Shown piece by piece: positions 37,201-45,444 of a stretch of 64,000 nucleotides of DNA; the first letter of the stretch is position 1; each line of letters opens with the position of its first letter. The notes beneath the pieces were generated by a model. That model ran no database searches and was not told where the DNA came from. It was given only the letters and a program-made list of their open reading frames with translations. The position numbers and the translations under genes were made by a program. The stretch is from Candidatus Poribacteria bacterium (lineage in GTDB: Bacteria; Poribacteria; WGA-4E; WGA-3G), in the NCBI GenBank assembly GCA_028820845.1, contig JAPPII010000061.1:65889-129888 (forward strand), in the 5' to 3' direction.

Positions 37201-37815
37201 ATGAAACTTCTAATAACATTCAGCATCTGTTTACTCCTTGCTCTTATAGAGTTGCCAACTGTTGATGCTGCACTTGAACTTGAAAAGTACTTGCATGTCG
37301 CAAAAGGCGGTGTCGTAAGCGTTGGTCGCGGATTAACGATCACTGATAACGAATTGGAGATAGCGCGCACTGACGAATTCACTATCGGATTTCAATTAAC
37401 GCCTGCACTTCGGTTCTCTGTTCCGTTTAGTAGTTATGTTGTCGATACTCGCGGCGGAAACGCTGATATCTTACCGTTTGGCATGTTGAGTGTGGAGACC
37501 GTTGGGGTGATGCTGACACTGAGTGGGCGTGGGAAATGGGCACCCTTTATTGGGTTCGGAACGAATTTCTACGCATTTACTGAAAAGTTCGCTGCGCCCG
37601 CTAACATCCAAAATACTTTTGGGGCGGAGGTGTCTATTGGAGTTAACAGAAGACTTATTGATAGCATCTTTGGAGTCGCTCAGTTATATGGATCGTTTAG
37701 TTATCAATTCAGTTATTTAAGACCTAGGGTGAGTGTGCCTACCAGACCTGACATTGAAGTGTTATCGTTAGGTCGTCATAGTATCAGCTTCCGGTTAGAG
37801 GTCTTGGGGTTGTAG
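37201..37815 (+). CDS. small secreted, beta-rich protein (possible 8-stranded outer-membrane barrel)
   Basis: 204 aa ORF with a signal peptide (…PTVDA) and an alternating hydrophobic pattern. I recognised no family. Confidence 0.4.
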   Translation: MKLLITFSICLLLALIELPTVDAALELEKYLHVAKGGVVSVGRGLTITDNELEIARTDEFTIGFQLTPALRFSVPFSSYVVDTRGGNADILPFGMLSVETVGVMLTLSGRGKWAPFIGFGTNFYAFTEKFAAPANIQNTFGAEVSIGVNRRLIDSIFGVAQLYGSFSYQFSYLRPRVSVPTRPDIEVLSLGRHSISFRLEVLGL

Positions 37816-37962
37816 GTGGTTAAATAGAAATCTAACAAAAACCCTTGTAAAAATAGACATTTCTGGTAGACTTACAGAGATAGAAAAAAAAGATTTGTAT
37901 CAAACTAATACCATTTCTAAAAGTTTATCTCGCATTAACCGAACCCACTCACACCACACCCG

Positions 37963-37989
37963 GTAGGTGCGGTTTCTAACCGCACCGAG
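37963..37989 (+). repeat. GTAG-headed REP-like hairpin
   Basis: GTAG-GTGCGGTT-TCT-AACCGCAC-CGAG. Confidence 0.45.
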
Positions 37990-38100
37990 CATCGCTGAAA
38001 AATAGTCAACCTTTTAAGAGGAATTATCAATTAGAATTGGTATAACTGACGACGCATAGCAATCAGATTTTTGTAACAATCGCCGATAAGGAGCCTGTAA

Positions 38101-39078
38101 ATGTGTTTTCAAATCAACCGCCAATTCCGTGCGAATATGTTGTTAGCATTTGTCGTTTTCATAGTAAGCGTGCCATGGATTGGTAACGCCGATGAAGCGG
38201 AGTTATCGGATCCAAAACTAATGGCTATCTTTCCGGAAGCGGAAAAATTCGTTCTGAGAAATGCTACACTTACAGCGGACCAGATTGCTGTAATCGAAAA
38301 AGAACTTGGTGCTAAACTTCTGGCGGAAGATCAGAAACAGGTTTTCTATATTCCGATCAGTGCTGAAAAGAGACCTATGGGCTTGGTATTGTTTGCGAAT
38401 GCTGACGGACCAGGCGGTGTTATTAAAGGTGCTGTCGGACTGGATATGACGGGAAAAGTGGTGAAAGTAGAAATCTACGAGCATCAGGAATCCAACGCGA
38501 TTGCGAGTCCAGAATCTCTCGGACAATTCATCGGTATGGGTATAGACGACACTTTCAAGGTTGGGGTGGACGTTGAGACTATTAACGGGCATGAGGATGC
38601 TGCAAACGCAGTCGCTTTGCTGCCTAAAAAGACCTTGGTGATGAGTTATGCTCTCTTTTCAAAAAAGAAATCGGAACCGGAGGTAGAGCGGACACCAGAA
38701 CCTGATACGCCAGCGCAAGATATGCCTGAAGTCGAAGACCTTAAAGCACTCATGATGTTGATGATAGATGACTATTTCGTGGTCGTTGACTACTTCGATG
38801 AAAAGGAGAGCAAGACGAAAGCGATTGCAGCAGCGAAACGGCTCGCCAGATATGCAAAGAGCATTTCAAACTTTGAACCACCGAAAAATGCAGATCAGAC
38901 GGAAGAGTATGTCTACCTGCAGGACAAGTTTAGCGAAACGCTCCTTAAATTTGCTGAAGCACTTGAGAGGGAAGGTATTTCTGACGAAACGCGAAAGCAG
39001 TGGGATGCTGTTGTTGAATTAATCAATCAGGCGCACCTTCGGTTTAGCGAGGAGGAGATTGACTTGGATACGTATTAG
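38101..39078 (+). CDS. periplasmic protein with an FMN_bind-like (NosR/RnfG-type) domain and a helical C-terminal domain
   Basis: 325 aa ORF. The stretch IFPEAEKFV...VFYIPISAE..PMGLVLFANADGPGGVIKGAVGLDMTGKVVKVEIYEHQES resembles the FMN_bind fold. No clear flavinylation Thr motif is present. Confidence 0.4.
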   Translation: MCFQINRQFRANMLLAFVVFIVSVPWIGNADEAELSDPKLMAIFPEAEKFVLRNATLTADQIAVIEKELGAKLLAEDQKQVFYIPISAEKRPMGLVLFANADGPGGVIKGAVGLDMTGKVVKVEIYEHQESNAIASPESLGQFIGMGIDDTFKVGVDVETINGHEDAANAVALLPKKTLVMSYALFSKKKSEPEVERTPEPDTPAQDMPEVEDLKALMMLMIDDYFVVVDYFDEKESKTKAIAAAKRLARYAKSISNFEPPKNADQTEEYVYLQDKFSETLLKFAEALEREGISDETRKQWDAVVELINQAHLRFSEEEIDLDTY

Positions 39079-39122
39079 TTTAAGTCGCTACCTATTTTAT
39101 TAAATTTTAATTTGGAGATCGT

Positions 39123-40520
39123 ATGAAAAGACAGTGGATATGTTGCTTGTGTGTAATTAGTATGTTAGTAGGCGCACTGCAGGCGGCAGCGCAGATTCGT
39201 CCACCCCGGCGCAGACACAGGATAATGGTTGATCCAAGTGCCAAGGAAAAAAAGGATGTACTCAAGGCAGATATAGGTGCGAGTCTTAAAGATATTGCGC
39301 AACGGACAACACAGCACGCCCAAAACCCGAAAGTAGATATTGTATTCGTTGTTGATGGTAGCAAACGGATGGCGGGACATCTCTTTGATCTTGAAAAGAA
39401 GATTGTCGATATGCTTGCTGTTATAGAGGCAAAGACGATCGACTATAGATTCGCGCTGGTGAGTTTCCACTCAGTGCAAGGTGAACCGCGTGTGGCACTG
39501 CAGCCGTGGACGTTTGACTATCTCAGCGTTACCAACGTACTCCAGGACATGCAGGTTGAATCCGGAAATAACGTTCAATCTGGATATGGACTCGATGCAG
39601 TCGTGAAGGGTCTGAACGAGTTGGAATTCCGTGATGGGGTTACAACCCAATTTGTCGTGGTTACTAACTCTCGCATGCGGACTTCATGGACAGACGCAAA
39701 AGCGAAAAACAGGATTGGAGAACAGATTATCAAGTTGTCCCGTCGAAACGACGTTCAACTCAATTTCATCGGCATTAGCGAACGGGTCCAAGCAGAACTC
39801 ACAGATGAGACGAACGGAAAATGGTATCCGATTGACTCGAACCAGCGTCGGATGGATGGGCAACGGATCCAGAGTGGCGAGACAATTGCGGATAAAGCCA
39901 TACTTCGCGTGGATGGGATATTCAAGCGCATTGCGGAGAATCTTGTTGAGAGTCGTCCAGGAACCGTGGATGTTGTGTTCATTTTCGATTATAGTCTAAG
40001 TATGGAAACCAAGACGGATGCTGCCTGTGACGGTTTGGATCAGATGGTCTCTGTGTTTAAGTCGGCAGGATTGGATTATCGGTTTGGGATGATCCGGTTT
40101 TGGGCGGCAGTCGGTGGCGGCGAAAGTACTATTGTTGTGACCAAGCCGCCGTTGGATTCCGAAGAGGTAAGATCGCTTTTTCGCCTCCCAAAAACTGGGG
40201 ATGAGCATCTCTTGGATGCGGTCATTGAAGGGGTACCGAAACTTCAGACAGAACCGGGACGAGACCTCATCCTTATCATTGTCACAGACGAACCAACGAG
40301 CAAACGCACCGAAAAAGGATATAGCGTCGGGCAAGCGATTTCAGTGTGTCGCGGTGCCCGGGCAAAGGTTTATGTGATTGGCGGTGTCACTTCCATGCAA
40401 AGTAGTTCCATGACGGATAGTTTCCAACGTCAGGTCGCTCAGATAACCAAAGGTGAACACTATGTTATGCCGGGGGCCCTGGTGTGGCGAGGCACCGGTG
40501 GTGCTGACGAGACGCGGTAG
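39123..40520 (+). CDS. secreted protein with two von Willebrand factor A domains
   Basis: 465 aa ORF with a signal peptide and two MIDAS-like starts, DIVFVVDGSKRM and VDVVFIFDYSLSM. Confidence 0.7.
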   Translation: MKRQWICCLCVISMLVGALQAAAQIRPPRRRHRIMVDPSAKEKKDVLKADIGASLKDIAQRTTQHAQNPKVDIVFVVDGSKRMAGHLFDLEKKIVDMLAVIEAKTIDYRFALVSFHSVQGEPRVALQPWTFDYLSVTNVLQDMQVESGNNVQSGYGLDAVVKGLNELEFRDGVTTQFVVVTNSRMRTSWTDAKAKNRIGEQIIKLSRRNDVQLNFIGISERVQAELTDETNGKWYPIDSNQRRMDGQRIQSGETIADKAILRVDGIFKRIAENLVESRPGTVDVVFIFDYSLSMETKTDAACDGLDQMVSVFKSAGLDYRFGMIRFWAAVGGGESTIVVTKPPLDSEEVRSLFRLPKTGDEHLLDAVIEGVPKLQTEPGRDLILIIVTDEPTSKRTEKGYSVGQAISVCRGARAKVYVIGGVTSMQSSSMTDSFQRQVAQITKGEHYVMPGALVWRGTGGADETR

Positions 40521-40546
40521 CTGCATTTCGGGGGTGTCTATCACTC

Positions 40547-41557
40547 TCACTCCAGAGCCAATTCATCTGCGGTTTTCGCGTGAATAGCGATAAGGACAAA
40601 ACTGGTTGACTGCAAATTAGCAACCGGTTTTGTTAGTTCTATAGGTGTATTGCTGATGAAGCTGCCGTCTTCCTGCCGGATACTTGTCAAGTAGTTGATA
40701 GAGACACGACGGGTGTTAAGTGGGTCGTTTCCGGCGGCGAGTGCCATAACCGCGATGGCGGTAATTTCGGGATCGCTGGGACTGTTTTTATATCTGCCGA
40801 ATCCGCCGTCATTGTTCTGTAGCTGCTTTAGCCACGCGATTTGGGCATCGATGTCGTAAACGGGTTCTAAACCTTGTATCACCCAAGATGTGACGAAAAT
40901 ATCCGACTGCGTGCCGCGTTGTAGTGCCCAACCGCTGTCATAGTTGATACTTTCTGCAAGCCAATCTGCCCCTTTGGAGACAGGGGCAAAGTTCTGTTTG
41001 AAACCGAGCCGCCTGAAACCTGCTAAAACAGCGGCGGTATAAAGCACATTGTCAGCACTACGTTCTTTTTTCCCCCAAGCACCCGTTGGATTTTGTGCTT
41101 TTTTTAGCCATTGAAGCCCTTTAAAACGGATTTCTGGATCGGTTTCTGCTGTTGCTAAAGCCACGAGCGCAAAAACGGTATGGGCAGTGTTGTTGTTCCA
41201 ACTCCCGTTGTCCCACTGGGTGTTCCTGAGGTACATAACGCCAGTTCTGATTACCTGAGATCCTGTCCCCCATCCGGCATCGATTAACCCCCAAATCGCG
41301 AACGCTGTGTTCTCAACATTGCTCTCTCCGCCGGGGACCAGGGGCCAACCACCATCTCGGTTCTGATGTTGCACAATGTAGGTTTTCGCACTTTCGATGG
41401 TTTTATAGAGAGGCGGCTCCTCCGATGCCTCATAGGAAGGGAGACCTTTGACAGGAGATGCTTCGCTATCGGCAAAAGCAGCCACTTTAAGCCCGATTCC
41501 GAAATACAGCAGCATATAGCAATATATCAATATGTGCATACCTCTATGATTCTTCAT
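40547..41557 (-). CDS. secreted prenyltransferase/squalene-oxidase-repeat (alpha/alpha-toroid) protein
   Basis: 336 aa ORF with a signal peptide and repeated Q.xDGGW-type motifs (HQNRDGGWPL, WDNGSWNN, QNPTGAWG, NYDSGWAL, QNNDGGFG, RQEDGSF). Confidence 0.65.
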   Translation of the reverse strand: MKNHRGMHILIYCYMLLYFGIGLKVAAFADSEASPVKGLPSYEASEEPPLYKTIESAKTYIVQHQNRDGGWPLVPGGESNVENTAFAIWGLIDAGWGTGSQVIRTGVMYLRNTQWDNGSWNNNTAHTVFALVALATAETDPEIRFKGLQWLKKAQNPTGAWGKKERSADNVLYTAAVLAGFRRLGFKQNFAPVSKGADWLAESINYDSGWALQRGTQSDIFVTSWVIQGLEPVYDIDAQIAWLKQLQNNDGGFGRYKNSPSDPEITAIAVMALAAGNDPLNTRRVSINYLTSIRQEDGSFISNTPIELTKPVANLQSTSFVLIAIHAKTADELALE

Positions 41558-41613
41558 TTTTCGTCCTACCTATGATTTTGGTTAGCGGTCAAGCGTAGCG
41601 AACGCCCTATTTG

Positions 41614-42738
41614 CTACAATTGTGGCTCAATCACAACCTTGTAAACACCTTCTTGTCCAAGCATGTCAATGCCTTTTTCCAATTGGTATAACGGCAGATG
41701 ATGCGTTATCAGTTCATCCAACGGGGCGCGTGTTATCTGAAGGAAATCCAACGCTGTCTGAAACTGGATTTGTGGATATGCCCACACACCGCAGACATCC
41801 AGGTCCTTATTACAAATTTGATGCGGACGGACTTGGGTATCCCCAGAATCTGTATAGTGTCCAACTTCGATAACCTTCCCGCCGCGTCGCACGACATCTA
41901 ATGCTTCAGAGAAAACCATCGGCAATCCAGCGCACTCAATCGCGATATCCACACCGACACCACTTGTGAGGTCTTGTATCTGTTCAATCCGTTCTTCAGG
42001 TGTAGTGTTCCCAACGTTGATAACAACGTCTGCCCCCATCTGTTTCGCCATTTCTAACCGACTATCGACGAGATCAGTGGCAATGATGGTACCAGCACCG
42101 CTATCACGCAGTACTGCGACAACCAGCAGACCGATTGGGCCGCATCCGAGAACCGCAACCCGATTTCCGATGCTGTATCCGTCGCCGACTTGTGGCACTC
42201 CAGGCGCACAAGCGCGTTCAACGGCGCGCGTTGCTACGGCTACCGGTTCTGTCAACACCTGAATTGCATCAGGGATACTTTCCGGCATCTTATAGACCCA
42301 AGAATTTCCGTGAATGTAGGTATACTCAGAAAATTCGCCGTTCAGATAGGGCGGGGTTTCGCTGTTGCTAAATCCATAGATCGTCCGCCCGGAACACAGC
42401 GTTGGACGACCTGGAACGTGTAGGCAGTAGTAGCATCTACCGCAGTTTTTTGATCCCGGCACAACGGTTACGCGATCGCCTGCTTTGATCGGACCACCTA
42501 TCACGTTCATAGCCTGATTTGCATCTTTACCAATCTCTGCCACCGTCCCGACAACCTCATGTCCTGGGATGACCGGAAATTTCAGGGCAGTGTGCCCGAG
42601 ATACATGTGTTTATCACTTCCACAGATGCCGACTCTATCGACCTGTAACAGAAGTGCATCCTCTGCAGGTGTCGGTTTCTCAAATTCGCGGATTTCTATC
42701 TGACCGGGTTGGAGCATCACTGCCGCTTGAACTTGCAT
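41614..42738 (-). CDS. zinc-dependent medium-chain alcohol/polyol dehydrogenase
   Basis: 374 aa ORF with GICGSDKHMYLGH, the GHEVVGTV zinc site, a structural Cys cluster (CGRCYYC) and the Rossmann motif VLGCGPIGL. Confidence 0.8.
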   Translation of the reverse strand: MQVQAAVMLQPGQIEIREFEKPTPAEDALLLQVDRVGICGSDKHMYLGHTALKFPVIPGHEVVGTVAEIGKDANQAMNVIGGPIKAGDRVTVVPGSKNCGRCYYCLHVPGRPTLCSGRTIYGFSNSETPPYLNGEFSEYTYIHGNSWVYKMPESIPDAIQVLTEPVAVATRAVERACAPGVPQVGDGYSIGNRVAVLGCGPIGLLVVAVLRDSGAGTIIATDLVDSRLEMAKQMGADVVINVGNTTPEERIEQIQDLTSGVGVDIAIECAGLPMVFSEALDVVRRGGKVIEVGHYTDSGDTQVRPHQICNKDLDVCGVWAYPQIQFQTALDFLQITRAPLDELITHHLPLYQLEKGIDMLGQEGVYKVVIEPQL

Positions 42739-42790
42739 AGTTAGATTTCCTCATTTTCTTGAATATAAGATTGTTTTGCTGTTCTTTCTG

Positions 42791-43948
42791 CTATTGTGCC
42801 CAGAGAGGGATTAGTATTTTTGTGAGTTCTGCAAGGCTTTCCAAATTGTGTGCTGGGAGAAAATAGTCTACATAGGGCAACGCCGTGCGGATGCCCCGAC
42901 AGATCGGTTGATAGCCGTCACTACCGAGCAACGGATTGAGCCAAATCAACCGATAGGCATGCCGATGCAACATCTCCATTGAGTGACGCAGCACTTCCAC
43001 ATCGCCTCGGTCCCAACCGTCGCTAATGAGGATGACCACTGAACGATATGCCGAGAGGGAGGGCGCGAACTGTCGGTAGAATTCCAGCAAACTTTCACCG
43101 ATTTTTGTGCCGCCCGACCAATCTGGCACGACATTTGCCACTTCATTTAAGCCCTCCGCTAACCCTTTCCGCCGAAGGAGTCCCGTAATGTCTGTCAGAT
43201 GTGTGCTGAAAACTGCGACCTCCACTTCCTTTAACTCTTTCTGCATGCCGTATATAAATTGAATAAGAAATTTAGCGTAGCAGTCCATAGAGCCGCTGAC
43301 ATCGCAGAGGAGCAGGATCTTTGTCTTCTTAATTTTTTGTTGTTTCCGAATTAATTCGAGCGGTTCGCCGCCGTGTGCGAGACTCTTTCGCCAACCCCGC
43401 CGGAAGTCTATAATTTTGCCCTTTTTGCCGACGACCTTTCGGCGGCTCAGTCTTGTCGCCAAGATTGCGGCTAATTTCGCGACGATCTCCCGTGCTTTCT
43501 CCATATCCTCTGTTGTGAACTCGCTAAAGTCCTTTCGGCTCAGGACCTCTTCCACACTATAAGCCGTTGAGTCGTCTTCTTCGCCTTCCGCGTCATCTTC
43601 TGTTTCGGCGTCCAGCCACTGTTCGAGTATGTCCTGTTCATCGCTTATATCGGAAAGGTCTTGGAGACTTGACGGTTCAGATGTTTCGCTTTCTGTGTCA
43701 ACGGCTTCAAATTCTGTGCGCGGGTATCGCCAAAACAGACTGAAAGCGAGATCGAATATTTCACGGTCGGTGTCTTGAGAGATGAGATTTGTCCGCGCTG
43801 TGTGATAAAACGCGTCCCGATCACCGATGTCTATCAATTGGACGCTCTGGCACCAACTGAGTTGATTGGTTGTCGTTACGTTGACTCCCATCTGTCGGAG
43901 CAGGGAGCAGAAGTCTGTGATTTGTTGGAGTAGAGTTTGTTCAGTCAT
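42791..43948 (-). CDS. CoxE-like VWA-domain protein
   Basis: 385 aa ORF with an acidic linker, then KILLLCDVSGSM (MIDAS) and ...ILISDGWDRGD. This is the typical PF05762 layout. No MoxR/CoxD ATPase is adjacent. Confidence 0.7.
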   Translation of the reverse strand: MTEQTLLQQITDFCSLLRQMGVNVTTTNQLSWCQSVQLIDIGDRDAFYHTARTNLISQDTDREIFDLAFSLFWRYPRTEFEAVDTESETSEPSSLQDLSDISDEQDILEQWLDAETEDDAEGEEDDSTAYSVEEVLSRKDFSEFTTEDMEKAREIVAKLAAILATRLSRRKVVGKKGKIIDFRRGWRKSLAHGGEPLELIRKQQKIKKTKILLLCDVSGSMDCYAKFLIQFIYGMQKELKEVEVAVFSTHLTDITGLLRRKGLAEGLNEVANVVPDWSGGTKIGESLLEFYRQFAPSLSAYRSVVILISDGWDRGDVEVLRHSMEMLHRHAYRLIWLNPLLGSDGYQPICRGIRTALPYVDYFLPAHNLESLAELTKILIPLWAQ

Positions 43949-44883
43949 TTTTTTCTTTTTTTAAGCAAGCAATGAAGGCATTCAATTCTTCCGAAAGGCT
44001 ATCAAATACTGCGCGGACCCGCTTAGCATTTTCTACCGTTTCCTTGAAGCTCAATTCAAAGTGGTAAAGATGCTCAAACCGATAGCGAAATTTTAAAAAC
44101 GGCACTAAGTTTATAACGCTTTGCTGGGAAATCAGAGACGGACGTAATGGTCTCGCTTCTGCCATTTGTGCTAATAGGTCTTTATGTGGACCTCGCCCCC
44201 TCATGACATCCATATCGATTTGTCGAGCAATACGTCGGAAAATGTTTTCCAACCGCGCGTAGAAACGGAAAAGGTATAAGTCAAGCGTGGCTTTGCAAGC
44301 GTCCTGATATTCAGCAGGGGCTGTTTGCATTTTTTGAAAATTTTGTGTGATTTTCTCGACAATCTGTTCTATATCTTCAAGATTTTCAGCGATACGCAGA
44401 CCTAACTTCCGCTTATATGCTTCGGAGTCCAACTCACTTTTTACTCCAAAGTCAAGTTGTTGGTGAGAATTTGTTTGCCTATCTTGAATAGGAAGAGCTT
44501 GTTTCTCAATCTGCTCTCGAAAACGTCCTTTAGCACTATCTAAAGTTAATAACATCAATTTTGAATTCAGGGCTAAAATTTCTGGTTTCCCATACCGCGC
44601 TGAGATACGTATCACCCGAAAGTCCCCAGACAACCATATCGATATCCGACCACTTTGAGAACCAATCTCGCTCGGCAAGCGACCCGAACACAGCAATTTG
44701 TGTTGCCCCGAAGTCTTTATAGAGCATCGCTGCGACCCGATGTGCTGTTTGCCATGCGCGTTGCAGCAACGCCTCATCTACCTCCCGATTTTGAAGGTGC
44801 TGATCGAGCCGTTGGCGGTATTCCGCTAATTCTTCGGGCGATAAATCTTTTGTTGTGCGATGGGGGGCTGTGGGTTGATGCAT
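43941..44883 (-). pseudogene. single-chain MNT-HEPN (HI0073/HI0074-type) gene split by a 1 nt frameshift
   Basis: ORF 44536..44883 carries the Pol-beta NTase motif (VFGSLAERDWFSKWSDIDMVVWG) and stops at ...KIDVINFR*. ORF 43941..44777 continues in another frame with ..LDSAKGRFREQ.. through to the HEPN-like FRYRFEHLY. Together the two ORFs are collinear with the intact paralog at 47363..48319. Confidence 0.55.
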
Positions 44884-45064
44884 GTCCTAATCTCCTTGAA
44901 GAATAGGATAGCACGAAATGGTTTGGCGTGCAATAAAAAAGAGACAGAAGAACCCTGGAACTTATTGTCTCAATTAATTGGGGTTCTGAGTTTTCTGAAT
45001 CAGGATTTTGGGATTGGCAGGATTAGAGAAGCACAGACTAATGCTTTTAATTTATTTTTTTAAC

Positions 45065-45093
45065 TTGACATAGATTAGCAAAAAAAGTATAAT
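45065..45093 (+). promoter_or_regulatory. perfect sigma70 consensus promoter (TTGACA-17-TATAAT)
   Basis: TTGACA at 45065-45070, a 17 nt spacer and TATAAT at 45088-45093. It points into a spacer with no annotated plus-strand gene. Confidence 0.6.
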
Positions 45094-45120
45094 ATATCAT
45101 AATACTTTCCAAAGAGGTAA

Positions 45121-45225
45121 ATGTTGTATCAATCTCCAAAACACTGTCGCGGAAACCGACACAAATGTTTTCAGCAGATACATAAGTTTCTGACTGACTA
45201 TCAACCACTGATTGCTGATTGCTGA
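45121..45225 (+). CDS. candidate 34-codon small ORF (MLYQSPKHCRGNRHKCFQQIHKFLTDYQPLIADC)
   Basis: The ATG lies about 28 nt after the -10 element, with AAAGAGG just upstream. The ORF is below the track's size cut-off, and the transcript could equally be a non-coding RNA. Confidence 0.25.
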   Translation: MLYQSPKHCRGNRHKCFQQIHKFLTDYQPLIADC

Positions 45226-45240
45226 CCGCTGACCACTAAC
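45190..45240. repeat. heptanucleotide tandem repeat (about 7 units, CTGAYYG-like)
   Basis: ..CTGACTG ACTATCA ACCACTG ATTGCTG ATTGCTG ACCGCTG ACCACTA.. has period 7 and is related to the repeats at 28031-28051. Confidence 0.55.
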
Positions 45241-45345
45241 TCAAAAATGTTACACTTTTCGCCAAATTATTTTTTTTCTAACAGAAAATTAAACATCAAC
45301 AAACCCTTACGGGGACTGGGTTCTCTAACGTTCCACGCTGGACAC

Positions 45346-45371
45346 AAAATGTTACACTGGTGTAACATTTT
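45346..45371. terminator. 12 bp-arm perfect palindrome, likely a bidirectional terminator or operator
   Basis: AAAATGTTACAC-TG-GTGTAACATTTT lies about 75 nt past the stop of the convergent 643 aa membrane-protein gene. An additional half-site AAAAATGTTACAC is at 45243-45255. Confidence 0.45.
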
Positions 45372-45444
45372 TAAGGCGAATTGCTCAAAAATATACCGTT
45401 AAGTTAAAACCATATTCACGTATATTTCACGAAGAAAATAAAAA

